A DNA stretch of 60,490 bases, filler included, from Dugesia japonica (GCA_001938525.1; 6 parts of 6 records of this genome joined end to end with filler, not necessarily neighbours in it); one strand, 5' to 3'; shown: positions 1-13,849, counted from the whole stretch's first letter. Notes: generated from the letters alone by a model not told the origin. A program made the numbers and translations.

Positions 1-337
1 ATGGTAATAGTTTCAAGTCCATATCTCAAAATATATTTTTAAAATTTAAATTCAAATTCAAATATTTTATTGATTTGATCATATTTTTTAAAAGATAATT
101 ACAGAACATTGCGACGCATACTAGCGCACATCTTTTCCACTTTTCAAAACATCGATAGCATACACACATTAACCTAGAAATACTTTTGAAAGAATTTTTA
201 AATTTTGAAAAAAAAAATTTTCTTTAAGATATTTTCTTAACAAAAAAAAAATTTTGTCGCGAAAAAAATTTGACGAAAAAAATTTTTCTGGCTGGTGGGG
301 GGAGGGGGGTGCGGTAGTGCGGACATATCTCACTACT
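1..337 (-). repeat. Putative Maverick/Polinton terminal (TIR) fragment
   Basis: The reverse complement from 337 reads AGTAGTGAGATATGTCCGCAC, then a C-rich tract and T-tracts. Polinton TIRs start 5'-AGTAGT or AGAGAG. It abuts a broken Gypsy integrase. Confidence 0.45.
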
Positions 338-344
338 GATGATT

Positions 345-1080
345 ACTTTGCAAAGTGGTTAGAAGCCCCATTGCAAAATATAAAACAGAAGAGACAGTGG
401 CAAAGCTACTGGTTGAAAAGATAATACATAAATATGAAGCACAAAAGCTATTATCTGATAGATGGAAAAGTTTTCTCAATGAAGTTATACAAAGGGTAAC
501 CAACATGTTTGACATTCAAAAAATAAATATGACAGCCTCTCATCGATAAGCTGATCGATTAGTGGAAAAATTCAATAGCACTATATGTAACAGATTAGCA
601 ATATTCGTACATAAATATTAAAATGACTGAGACTTATTTACCAAACCTATACAGTTCATACACAACATAACCGAGAATGAAACAACAGTATACTCATCTT
701 TATATTTAATGTATCTTTGGCAAAATCATATGCCAATCGACGTAACGTTTGAATCAGTTGTGTCACAATACATGGATAATCCAGAATATATTACAAAAAT
801 GTAAGAAAGACTTCAGGAAGTTTGTAAACAGGCAAATTTAAAAGTTAAATTCAAGGAAGAACAATATAAAGATTACTATGACAGAAATGTCATGGAACAT
901 AACTTCAAAGTTGGAGACAAAATAAGAATAAAAACTTCAGTCACTCAAAAATAGTAAGCAAACAAATTGGCGAGACTTTACAAGGGTCCACATGAAGTGA
1001 TAAAAGTAACTCCAACTAATTTAGATGTCATAAAACCAAATGGAAAATCCAATAGTAGATGCAGTAAATCAATGTAAAAT
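345..1080 (+). pseudogene. Ty3/Gypsy integrase remnant (core plus GPY/F region)
   Basis: Reading through stops gives ETVAKLLVEKII, LLSDRWKSF, LVEKFNSTI, YYDRN, FKVGD and KLARLYKGPHEV. Confidence 0.85.
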
Positions 1081-1156
1081 AACAGAATCAGAGATCGAAC
1101 CAAAAAAGCAACATTAATATAACCTCAGATCAGATTCTCAGAGTATACTACCAATC

Positions 1157-1850
1157 ATGTTTTTCGTATTACTTTTAATTATCACCAGCTGTTCAACTTT
1201 AGCTCTTCAAACTGAAAGCATATTACAGATCATTGCACAAAAATTAATATACATTGATATATTACCAAAACTATCAGTAGTTCAAGTAAACACAGTATCT
1301 TATTTGAACTTATACTTCACAACACTACATCTTCAACCTTCTGCATAGAGATATAACTAAATCAACAAAATAAAATTGAATTTGAGACTCAATTTGACGA
1401 TTTTAAGGCCAACACAAAATAACGGGCAATAGTTAAGTGGTATAATGAAAGGACATTATATTCCACCACAGAAGAAGATCTAATTACTTTACAATTAATA
1501 AACCAACTCCAAAGAAAAACGAAAAGCTAATGGTTTCAACTTAATTATCAATACAAAGAACAGAGAAATCTGATAATATCTCAACAACGAGTACAAAGAA
1601 ATCCTAAATAACTACGAATCAGCAAAAAATAACGTCATTAAAAAGGGACAAATCTATATCTAGTTAAAGCCTCAAAGGAGAAAAAACACTCCCGGTAAAA
1701 TTAAAAAATTACAGACTAAAATTATCAATATTATAGAGAAAAAATCTTGAGATTATGGATTATTACAACAAAATAAACATTTGATCCGTGAATACTATAT
1801 CATCCTTTCTCTATATTTGGAATAAGTTCATTACTCTTCTTCCCCCGCCT
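1157..1850 (+). pseudogene. Possible degraded env-like third ORF of the same Gypsy element
   Basis: Starts just after pol with a signal-peptide-like N-terminus (MFFVLLLIITSCSTLA). The rest is broken by stops. Confidence 0.3.
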
Positions 1851-2008
1851 TTGTAATAATGATAATCCAAATAAATAAGCGATACAGGTGAAAAATGTAG
1901 CGTTATTGGCGTCGCAATACTACACAATTTCCGAGTTATGTCCAATGGATATTGAAATGAACACCTTGCACAAAATTTTAAAAAATTAATTATCAAAATT
2001 TATATATA

Positions 2009-3188
2009 TAATACGCAAAGAAATCCGTTCACTTCCAAAATGAGACAAAAATCTTGAAACAATTTATTAAAAATAAATTAAAATATTTGGTTGGCATTCC
2101 ATGTTAATAACAGCTAGGCATCTGCATGACATGCTTTCAATAAGGTTAGTGAAAAAAGTTGTTGATAATTTTTTCCACACAATTTCTAAAATTTTAAATA
2201 ATTCATTTTCTTTTTGTGGATTTCTGTCTGTCACTGGTTTATCCAGAAAACTCCTACGTTTTCAATAGGATTTAAATTTGGACTTTGAAATGGCCATTCC
2301 AAACTTTTAATATTTTTCCCAAACCAAATATTTTTGAATAGTTTACGCTTTGTTTTTCGGATCGTTGTCATGCTGGAAAATTTAATTAACATCTGAGAAA
2401 AATAATTTTGCTGAAGGTACCATTTGTCTAATTAATACTTGACGATATTGTTCTTTCTCTATAGTTCCTTTTAATCTACAAAGGCTTCCAACATCATGTG
2501 AGGCAAAGTATTCCCATACCATTATTCTTATATCTTGTTTGACAGTACCTGTCATGCATGATTTGGAATAACACTCATTTTGAAGTCTGCAAACGCGTTT
2601 TGAGTGCTGAAACCGTAACACATATGGTGATTCATCTAACCATATTTACTTTTCTATTCTTCTATACTCTAACTTAGATGCTCATTTGTTCATGTCAATC
2701 GTCTTTATTGATTAATAATGGACACAAATGGTTTACTTACTTGAAAATGCGAATCATATCCAATTTTGTGTAATCTGTTGTGGACAGTTTGCAGAGAAGT
2801 ATTCATATTTAGATTCTTTTTGATTTGTTTCACTGAAATGGTCAGGGCATTTATTGCTACCGATACAATATATTGATCATCAGCATTGGTTGTTTTTCGT
2901 TTCTTCCCCTACCAACTTAACGTTCATAGTTCGAAGTCGACTTGTAATCTTGAAGAAATTTAGTGACTGCCGATTGAGCTCTTACATTAAAAAATTAGGA
3001 AAGTGATTACTTATTTAAATTATTTAATTCACTCGATTTAAAAATTGAATCAGATAAACAAACAGATTATTCATTAAACAAAAAACATAAAAACGAAACT
3101 CATATTTGGATAATGGAATGAAATAAACCATCCTAAATTTATATAATTCTATATGAAATTTTAAGTGGTCGGATTTTGTTGAGTATTG
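2009..3188 (-). mobile_element. Tc1-family DNA transposon, decayed
   Basis: Imperfect ~27-bp TIRs (TAATACGCAAAGAAATCCGTTCAC versus CAATACTCAACAAAATCCGACCAC) flanked by TA. Transposase motifs MVW..F, FQHDNDPK and LEWPFQSPNLNPIEN. Confidence 0.85.
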
Positions 3189-3485
3189 TATATTTATATA
3201 ATGAGCTACTAGTATATGCTGTGGCAGTATATAAGACTAATCAGCCCATAAATTATCATTTAATATTTTATTTATTTTAGAAATCAATACATTTAAGAAA
3301 TCAATAATTACAACGAACAAATGAAAAATATGCAAATACATACAACAAACAAGATGCAGACACAAACAAACATCGCAAAAACACAATACAAATAACAATC
3401 ACAATAAATACAATAACTCACCAAGTCACGGCATACCTTCATCCTCCTTATTCTTGATCATAAGCGCCCATATGTTTTACCGTTA

Positions 3486-6400
3486 TGAGGAAATAATTAT
3501 TATTTAAAAATTTTGAGGCAATAGAAATTAAGTTAATTCTGGATAAAGATTTTTAAGCTACTATTCAATTATCATTTCTCTTATTAAATTTAGAGTTAAA
3601 ATAGAAAAATAAATAATGTCTAAAAAAATTAGTTCTGATTTGAATAACCAATTAACAATTGAAGATTTAACTAACATGGTTGCAGCTATAAATACTGATT
3701 CTATTACAGAGAGGTTATCGCCAAAAGTGTTCTGCAGAGGAGATGATATTGAGAAATTTATCAAGCGATGTGAATTGTATTTTGGAGCTAAAAACATCAC
3801 CCATGTGAAACAACAGGAGAGATTAGTTTCTTGTTTGTTAGATGACGATTTGTGGGAAGAATATATAAAGACGTTTAAAAAAGTTAAAAGTTTTTAGTCT
3901 CGCTTACGTATGGCATTTGAGAAAGAAAAAGATCTTATCAAAGATTTTCAAAATTTGATTAACTACAGATCTGGAAATGAANNNNNNNNNNNNNNNNNNN
4001 NNNNNNNNNNNNNNNNNNNNNNNNNNNNNNNNNNNNNNNNNNNNNACAGAGAAAAAATGGTAGCAAAGATGCTAGTTTGTTGTTCAAATAACAAAAAAAT
4101 GAAGAAGAAGTGACTTTGCGGAAAAGAGAGAATATAGAAGAAATGGAAGAAACATTAACGTTAGTAGATCGAGTAGAGAAAAACAGAGATCAAGTCAATG
4201 CAGTTAGAAATTATGCGAGAGTTACAAGTCAAAATTATTAGAAACCTGTAAATCATACCGAGAATAGACATGTTGATCAAAGAAAGGAAAAACAAAATAC
4301 CGAATGTTGGTTATGTCATAAGATCGGTCATAATAAAGCAAATTGTCCGACAAAAAAGTGGTAGAGTGCTGGAGTTGTCATAAAACAGGACATATAAGTC
4401 GAGATTGTCTAAATAAAAAACCCACAAAATATTTTGGCTGTGAAAAGGTTGGCCATAGTGAGGTGTAAAAGATGTCGTAATGGTAAACATAGAGCAGAAG
4501 AGTGCTACACAAATTTAAAAATGAAAAGAAACAGTGAGAAATTTATGACTGCAGAAAGATCAAGAAACTGATATAATCGAGTACACGCGATTGAAGATGA
4601 AGATGTCAGTACAAACGATAAATATAAGGAAGTGTATGAAAGTGATTACGAAAGGCAATACCCAAAAGACAGGGCTCCACCAGTAGAGGAGTTTGTTGGA
4701 GCCATTCATTGTTAAATGAAGTTATTAATTATCCTCAAGGGTTCAAAAAGTGGGATGATATAGGAAAAGATACAGAAAAAGTATACAGGTTCTTAAAGGG
4801 GGAAAATTTTGTGGAGGATAGAAAAGTAGAATGGGTTGGAACAATTGAAGCAGGAAAGAAAACAAATATTTCGTACCATATATTGCAAGGCAGACTAAGT
4901 GTTACGGTATCAATTCAAGAAAGAAAGTAGAATGTCTATTAGTTACAGTGGCTAGAATTAACGTGATGAGTTTGAGTTGTTTTAATAAATTACAAGTAGT
5001 AAATTTAGAAATGAGTGATGAAAGATTGCGTTGTGCAAATAATAGTACACTTGAAATTGTTGGGAAAGGTAGAACCAGAGAGATAATTGATGAAGTTTGC
5101 AAAAAGATTACTTTCTTAGTTGCTGAAAGAGTAACACTAGATCTGATAGAAATAATAGATATGCAGAAGATATTTGGATACCAGCTTATGCAAAAGGTCG
5201 ATAGCAAAATGTATGAAAAAGTCGAAAACTACATTTGTAATATTGAAGCGAAATTCGGAAGACAAGTTAAAAAAGGAGAGCGATTGACAAGAGCTTTAAA
5301 TATCTTGAAGATTAAAGAGGATCAACGGTTATTGAACATAATTGAAAGTAAAGAAGTTTTTAAGACAGATAAATGGGATGTAGGACGTACACATCTGACC
5401 AGACACAAAATAATCACAAGGAGTGAACCAATCAATGTAAAACCGTAAAGACAACCAATGAGCTTAGAATCTAAAATCGAAGAAGCTATCCAAAACCTTT
5501 TCGAGAATAATATTATCCGAAAATGCAACTCTTCATGGAATATCCCACTGATATGTGTTTGATAAAAAGAAAAGAGAGACATAATAATATGCTTAGATTT
5601 TAGACAATTGAATGCAGTAATAAAAAGACAAGCCTTTCCTATGCCTAATGTCGATGAAATGCTGGACAAGTTAGATAAAGCCAAATATTTCAATTCAATA
5701 GATTTGGGAAATGCATACTATCAGGTAGAGCTCGAAAGAGAATCTCAAGAAAAAACGGCGTTTTCAACGAAGCACGGACAATATTTTTTTAATTGAATGC
5801 CATTTAGAATTGCAGCAGCACCAGGGACATTTCAAGAGATGATGACAAAAGTGGTAGGCGGAATCAATGGAGCCATGGTTTATCTTGATGACATACTGAT
5901 ATTTACGAANAATAAAGATCAACACTATGAAGTAATTGACAGAGTATTGATGGAAATATTGAAGTCTGGTTTAAGAATTGATCCAGAAAAGTGTAAGTTT
6001 CTACAAATAAAAATCTAATTTCTTGGTCACATAATCAGCAGAGATGGTGTTAGAACTGGTCAGTGTAAAATAGAAGGAATACAAACATTTGACAAACCTA
6101 ACTGTGTGAAGAAGCTGCGAAGTTTTTTAGGAATTCGTAATTATTACTGAAAGTTTATAGAAAACTACGCAAGAAAATCAAGGATCTTAAAACAATTGTG
6201 TAGTGTACCAATTAACAAGAAATTAGAATGAACATATGAAATAATCGATACTTTTGAGGATCTGAAGAAATTTCTAATGACTGCAATAATATTGTGTTTT
6301 CCAGGCATAAACATAGAATTTATATTAGATACAGATGCCAGTTTCGATACAATAGGGCAGTATTGTCACAGAGAGATAAGGAAGGAAGAGAAAGAGCTGG

Positions 6401-7885
6401 TGCCTATGGATCACACTTTATGACGAGTCATGAAAAAGGATATTACATCACGCAAAAAGAGTTATTGGCTATTTATTATTTCTGTATGCATTTTAAACAT
6501 TACTTGTATATGTAGAAGATTTGTTTCTTAGTAACAGATCGTAAAGCTCTAACTTCCATGATAACGACGAAGAAACGAATTACGTTTCAATTCCAGACAT
6601 GAATTAATTATCTGAGTAGTTTAGACATGGTTTTGAAATATAGAAAAGGAATTCAACATGCTAATGCAGATATGTTATCTAGACCATGATGCGAGGTATG
6701 TGTACAATTTCAAATGTATCATGAAGATGCCAAGAAAGGGAAGAATAAAACGAGAATATTGAACATAATTGAAAAGAAAAAAGAAGATCATTTAAATATT
6801 TATGAGGAAACAGATTTGATCAAAAAAATTAAAATTCCGGATGATAAAATACATGAGACAATAAAAGAAATACATAAATTATTATGCCATGCTGGAGTTG
6901 AAAAGGTGTGCAAATATATGAGAAACAAATATATTGCAAAGAATTTGTGTAGCCAAATACAGAAGATAGTTCGTAGTTGTGAAATTTGTCAGAAGACCAA
7001 AGTAGTGACAAACAGCAAGTAGAGAAAAGACAAAGAAATTAGAAGCTACCAATTTATTTGAAGTGATATTCACAGATATATGTGAGCCAATGCGGGAAAC
7101 AAGTGGACGAAAAAAATACATTCTTGGAATAATCGACCAGTACAGTAAATATATGGTTCTTAAACCATTGCCTAGACAAGACGAGGAAACAATACGGAAA
7201 GCTATTTTTGAAAAGCAGATAATGAGATTTTGATGTTTAAGAGAGATAAGAATAGATTTTGGAAAAGCTTTAGAATCCAGAGATATGAGAGAGTTTGCAC
7301 TGAAGCTAGATTTTATTTTGCTTTTCAAGTCCCTATTTGTATAATGCAAACGGACAAATTGAAAAACAGTTCAAGAAAATCTGAGATTTAATTAATGCAA
7401 CACTTCAATAAAGAAAGACAGCCGGTTGGGCAGATCTTTTACCGGAAATAGAATTTAAAATGAACGCAACAAAACAGAAGACGACTGGAAAGAGTCCGGT
7501 TAAGATCGTTTTTGGAAAGAAAATTAGCAGAGAAAAGTGGTACAAGTCAGAAATTTCAGATAGAACTAAAGAAAATATTTCTGACGTGATTACTAAATGA
7601 GTATTTAAAGTGGGCGATTTAGTACTCATCAAAGTGGAAACTAGAAATAAAAGTCAAGACAGATTTAAAGGAGCTTATCACATTATTGAGAAAATCCATG
7701 AAAGGCCGTATGCGGTATAAAGAGAAAATGGACAGTGATTAGAAAGAAATGTGGAAAAACTTAGAAAGTTTATTAAGAAGGGGGAGTTTAGGAAATAATT
7801 ATTATTTAATAATTCCATACCATAGAAATCGAGTTAACTTAATATTAATATTGAAATCATTATAATCATTTATATTTATTTTATC
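3486..7885 (+). mobile_element. Near-full-length Ty3/Gypsy LTR retrotransposon, pseudogenised (gag-PR-RT-RH-IN)
   Basis: gag 3616-4700 has several CX2CX4HX4C knuckles. RT has CLDFRQLN, IDLGNAYYQ and YLDD. RH has DASF and QKELLAI. IN has H..LCH..CEICQ and IIDQYSK. PPT AAGAAGGGGGAG at 7775-7786. AGGAAATAATTATTATTT is shared by both ends (near 3488 and 7790). LTR 3' limits are uncertain. Confidence 0.92.
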
Positions 7886-8719
7886 CAGCAGGTTTTGTAG
7901 TAGTGTTGGGATTCCACCTGAGTTGGTGTTAGAGAAAATGATGGCTGGGGAAAAATCAGCCGTCAGGGGACCCCTTTAAGAATTTATCTAGTGTCTCTCA
8001 ACTAGATTATTGGTATAGAGTGGTTGACTCCCAACGCTTACTTGGGAGTACTCACTCATATACCTTTGGTTTGGGTTCCTTAATTTTCCCTATTATACAG
8101 TTAGTAAATAAATCAACAATATTCTAAAATTAACATTTATTTGGTAGTAATATACATGTAGTCAAGAGCACCCGGGTCTAACTACTGAGTAGGCTCTTCA
8201 GGTAAAAAATTAAACGTGGAATCATCATCGTTGTCGTCCCAACGAATTCATGCCTCATTTCCTAATTGGCTAGATAAATCCGATATGTACCGTTGTAGGA
8301 AGTCGATTTTATGGAGGAGTACCTGTTTTGTCTGCTCCGCCAACTCCCATTGCTTTTTCACTATAAGATCAAGTTTCTTAATAAGCTGATTTGTCTGGGT
8401 TAAGTGACGTAATAACGCTCTTTCGTTTTGTCGCTTAACGTGGCTTTCTAGAAGCAACTTTTGGATCAGACAATGAAACCTACGCAAACTGGCGGGTAAC
8501 TGGATGCGTGGCACTAAAACAAATTAGAATTAAAACATGGCCCGATCACCATTAATTTTTATTAAAAAGAAAACAATTAAAATCAACATAAACGACTGGA
8601 AAGCAAGTTAATATAAATCAAAAAATCATTTATTTACAAACTAAAAGCTCACAGTGAAGTTTGCGTGCCATTATCGATCATCAACGGCTCGAGTAACATG
8701 GCCTTCTGTACAGTCAAAA

Positions 8720-8868
8720 TGTTGGGTATTCAAACTCAACAAAAGATTTTATGGTTCGTATAAAATATAATTAAGATTTTATGGGTGTTAATTCCTTTAT
8801 CTTTATATGTGTGTTGATACGGTATTATATAAATGATATATGACACTGTAAATAAACTGATATAGTGT
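8720..8868 (-). repeat. LTR fragment of the family at 31636 and 27718
   Basis: Shares GGGTATTCAAACTCAACAAA, TTTTATGGTTCGT and GGGTGTTAATT with those copies. No PBS follows it. Confidence 0.75.
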
Positions 8869-8968
8869 NNNNNNNNNNNNNNNNNNNNNNNNNNNNNNNN
8901 NNNNNNNNNNNNTTAATTAATTAANNNNNNNNNNNNNNNNNNNNNNNNNNNNNNNNNNNNNNNNNNNN
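8869..8968. other. Artificial contig spacer (same at 18314-18413, 27618-27717, 36456-36555, 45807-45906)
   Basis: Exactly 44 N + TTAATTAATTAA (stops in all six frames) + 44 N, seen five times. Confidence 0.97.
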
Positions 8969-10892
8969 TATGATAGTGAATAATAAAATTGAGATACATT
9001 TATTTATATTGAGGAGAAGAAAGTGTACATCTCGTTTGATTTATGGGGTTCAAAGATTCAATGCAATAATTTCGCAATTCAATGATAATAGGGACATCTT
9101 TTGAATTCCGAAGAATGGAGAACGGGAAAGGATGGTGGTTTCTGACTGTCATCTTCTCTGGTTCTCTTTCTAGGAATGGGGACGAAACAATAATAGGGCG
9201 CAGGCCGAAAAATCGTGATGAATTATGTTATTTTCGAATTTATTTCATGCATTGCTTTATTTCTATTGAAATCTGATTCTAATTACTAAAATTGATCATA
9301 ATTTATTAGATGCATAAAACTAGACGCGCAAGCAGAAGGCCCCGTTATATCTGGCCATATATAGACGACAGCGGGCGATATTACATCGAATGGTTAGAGG
9401 TCTAGGAGATGTTGAGGAAAGAAAAAAGGTGAAATATTCAGCTTGAGGGCAGATCTCGATGTTGCAAATCTGCGAATCGCAATTATGGAAGCAAACCTGC
9501 ATCTGCTTACAACTCAACGGGATCGACTAATGGCGATTATCGAGGAGACAGTGCAGGCAACAACTACGAAGGATAATCGTCAGTCCGAAGCAGAGATGGA
9601 ACATAGTACTACCCCGGATGAAATTCTGGAATCGCAGGCTGAGGAGGAGCTAGCGATTATGAGGGATTTGATGGGCCCGAGCGGTGCTATCACGTCTCTG
9701 GTTGTAAATAAAAATAAAAATTGGCTAATTAAGAGATTTTGTTGATTTTATTTTTTTTTATTGATGGAATAAGAGAAAGTGATATGTATGTCACGACNNN
9801 NNNNNNNNNNNNNNNNNNNNNNNNNNNNNNNNNNNNNNNNNNNNNNNNNNNNNNNNNNNNNNNNNNNNNNNNNNNNNNNNNNNNNNNNNNNNNTTTTAGT
9901 AAAGTGAAATGAGTGATAGTTGTGGGATCTCGATGTGAAAAAATAACAAATATGAATTTCTGAATTCGAGTGTTCTTATATTGCCGTTTTAATCTTATGA
10001 ATGGCATTGGTTAAAAGATTAATTATATGGTTTTGACTACCTATTTAGTTCGGTTATAATATTAAAAGAATTTACACTGTCATTATACTTTAGTGAATAA
10101 ATCTCAGGAGAATCGAATATCTACAAAAGATGTTATGGATATCCAGAAGAAAGACGCGAACTGCGAAATGAGATACCAAAAACGAAGGAAAGTACGCGCA
10201 ATTGAAAGAAAAAGAACTCGCCCTCCAATAGGCCAACAGATTGATGGCGGAGGTGATAAAAATGTATGCAGATCGGGAATTCACAATGTTTCACACGCTA
10301 CGAACCTTGTGGTTAAATTATCAGCCGTCGAAAGAAGGCTGATGGTGGATTCGAGGAGAGGAGGCGACTGTCGCTGGAAATTTTAATGTTAAAGCTGTTA
10401 AATGACGAGTTATTTAAGTATTAGCGGTTATGTATGATCATTTTTATTAATTATGATTTATTAGGAACAAATACTGAGCAAACGAGAGAAATTGTAGCTG
10501 GGGTTCATTAATAAGAATGACAAGACGGGATTCCACAAAGTCGCGCAGAACCAGAAAAATGAGGAGCATGTCACAGAGGTGACGCAAATGCTTGTGGTTT
10601 TTAGGTATGCCCCTAGACGAGATAGGTCAGATTCATTTATTTACAAAAATGAGCGGTTGTGAAAAGTGCAGAGATTAAATTCGAATTATTCAAAATCCTA
10701 AAAACCCAACAATTATAAAAATTCAATAATTATAATCAATAATTATAATCAATAATAATAATAATAATCAATAATAATTGTAATTATAAAAATTCAATAA
10801 ATTAAATATTTTNNNNNNNNNNNNNNNNNNNNNNNNNNNNNNNNNNNNNNNNNNNNNNNNNNATATATTTATTAAACTAAATTTAAATAAAT

Positions 10893-11061
10893 TCATTTTG
10901 CAGATGGATCCCAAGCTTCGATCTTTGGTCTGGTAGTCGAATAAGGTACATATTCCTTAGAAGTTCCGCTCATATTATCTTGATGATCTATCATCCACTT
11001 TTTACTATCCAATGGTTTGACTGTTGGAGGTTCATCGCACATGTAATGCATCCAGCGATGC
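10893..11061 (-). CDS. NDUFA12: Last coding exon of NADH:ubiquinone oxidoreductase subunit A12
   Basis: After an AG acceptor it reads (W)HRWMHYMCDEPPTVKPLDSKKWMIDHQDNMSGTSKEYVPYSTTRPKIEAWDPSAK*. This matches the NDUFA12 C-terminus (WHRWLH..D.PP, N.SGT..YVPYSTT..KI..W.P). Upstream exons were not found. Confidence 0.9.
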
Positions 11062-11859
11062 CTTTAAATGAGAAATAAGAAAAATTGTGAAAATATTTAA
11101 TATACGGTTAAAATAATAATTATTGATAAAATATTATATAAAATAATAACGTGGGATTTCTATAGTTTCTATCAAATTTTAGTCACGATTCACTGGTCAA
11201 TTTAAACATGTCAAAGTCACTTCATATTTTTTTATCATTATAAAATTATAATTGTTAGATGAATCAGTAACATTCATCTTTGCATTAAAACAATTAACAC
11301 TTTTCATTCCAATATTTATTCAAGACAACACAAAAACACAAACTATCATCTTGTTTTTTTAAACAAATTTTTAAAACAAGCTAACGTTTTTATTTAATTC
11401 TGACCGAAGTTATTTAAAAATATTCAAAACAATAAATTTAAAAAATTAATCATTTTACAAAATTTTATGTTTAACAAAAANNNNNNNNNNNNNNNNNNNN
11501 NNNNNNNNNNNNNNNNNNNNNNNNNNNNNNNNNNNNNNNNNNNNNNNNNNNNNNNNNNNNNNNNNNNNNNNNNNNNNNNNNNNNNNNNNNNAAACTATTT
11601 TCGTTAACAACTTCGGTCGAACTATCAAAAAATTTAACTCTCTAAAACCATACTCAAAATAATTATACTAAGTTAATACAAAAAATTTCGATTTTTGTTA
11701 TTCTAAATTTTGGTTAAACTAGAGCAGCCTACTATACACAACCTATAAAGAATAAAATTGAAAGCGTAAACAAAACCCCAGGAAAATATAGAACAAATTA
11801 AGAAACATTGAAATAAGAACAATCTATCATATTTAAGGAAACGGATAAAATAATAAAGA

Positions 11860-12020
11860 ATTCATTTAAAATAAAAGCTTCGATAAAAATTTGTTTTTCT
11901 GGATTTTGAAAACAATTCTTTACTTCGAATTTGTATTCTTCAAGAATTGAATTTTATAAATTCTGCAAAACGATCAATGTTTACGTCCAACAATTATTCT
12001 CGCAATAATTGAAATTGTAA
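11860..12020. repeat. Penelope pLTR-derived repeat with a degenerate inverted hammerhead (11914-11948)
   Basis: Similar to 40800-41030. Contains the hairpin CAATTATT-CTCGC-AATAATTG at 11991-12011. Confidence 0.65.
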
Positions 12021-13849
12021 AAAATAGAAAAGAATTAATAAAAATAAAAAGGAATAAGAAAAGTTAGAAAAAATACAAAAATTTAATACAAATAATAGTT
12101 GATTCTTAATGAATAATAACAATAAATTATGTTACAAGAAGCATTAAACATGAAAAATAACAATAAACCAAAATCAATAATTTGGAAAAAAATAGTATAA
12201 TGCATTTCTGCATTAATACTATTAATAATTCNAGATTAAAATAATATTGATATTAAATTTTCCAAATATGGGAAAAGCCGACAGCGATCAAGAATATAAA
12301 CAATATGAAAAACAAATGAGAAAATAATTAACAAAACAAAAAACCCAAATTCAAAATCGGAAAAGAAATTGTCGATTCGGAAAAAACAAGAAGATTACCT
12401 GAAATTCTGAAGAAAACAATTTTAACACCTTCACGAGTAATGGTAAAGGAATTTGGACTAATCGACCAATCAAGTGTTGCATTTAAAATTTACTAACCAA
12501 AAAATTATGCCAAAGATGTAACCAAAAATAACCCTATAAAGGGTATAAGAAAATGCAACCTGTAATGAAATCAGTTTTTACCCATTTCATTGCAATTTGN
12601 NNNNNNNNNNNNNNNNNNNNNNNNNNNNNNNNNNNNNNNNNNNNNNNNNNNNNNNAGCTTCTCTAATTCATTATAACATGCAAACCAACCGAATTTCACA
12701 TTTAATTTTAATTATTTCAACGGCTAAAAAGTGGAATTTATAATTTTAACTAAGGTTTTCAAAATTTTAAACAAATATTATTAGGTATTTTTAAAAAAGC
12801 GTAAATTTTTTAATGTTTTAAAATATTTCTAAAATTTTAATTATGAAGGTTTTTTTAAAATTCAATGTTTATTAGCGAACGTTTTTAAAAGAAAATTTTT
12901 AGTTAAAACTTTTTATACAAATTTTTAAATTAGAAATGTTTAAGTGCAAAAGTTTTTAAATGATAATGCTTAGTTTAACATTTTATACAAATTTTTTATT
13001 TGAAAATTTCTGCAATGTAAATGTAAAATTCAATTAAAGGGTTTTAAATATAAATGTTTATTGTAAAAATTATTTCATTTTTTAATAAATATAATATAAT
13101 AAATATAATAATAAATCAGATAAAATATCAATTGCAAAATGTAATTTTGGGAGCATACGTCAGAAAGTCAAGAATAATTTTAAAGAAACTAATTATCTGT
13201 ATTTTAATAAAGTTTTGAATTGAAATTGTTTATTGTAATTTAATTAAATGAAGAAACCAAATGGAAATAGTCTTGATTTAAATAAATTGTTTATTGAATA
13301 AGTCTCGGTTGTAATTCTCATTAATTAAAAAATTAATACTTTACGTATACGGAACAAATTTTAGTTTTATGTGATCATAATATCCAACGACGTATTTTAA
13401 GAACAATATTTTGTATTAAGGGATTGTCTTACAACCTTGACCATGATTTCATTTTAATGATCCGGGATTTTACCCCAATAACAATTTTTTACATTTCATT
13501 AACAAATTTTTATTTTTATATGTCGAAAATTAATATTAAATTTTATAAATGTAAGTAAAGTGTTAGTGGTGCACGGGCACCATACCCCCCAGGATTACAT
13601 AAGAGGATTAACTATTCCATGTACATTTAGTTGGGACTTTTATTACGTCATATTAAATAATGATTACGTGATTGCTCCCATTTTTTAATGTATATTAGTT
13701 GGGACGATATTTTTTACGTAATATGTGGTAATTAATTATGTAAGTGTTCCCATTGTTTCATACAGTTTTATATAATCGGTTGAATTTTCACGAAAGTCCG
13801 GTAGAAAAGCCCATTTTNTTTAAATTTTTAAAAATAATTCAATTTTTCA

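Noticed and set aside
3421-3436. CCAAGTCACGGCA resembling a tRNA-His 3' end
   Set aside because: Too short, with no cloverleaf. No tRNA or rRNA gene is supportable in the window.
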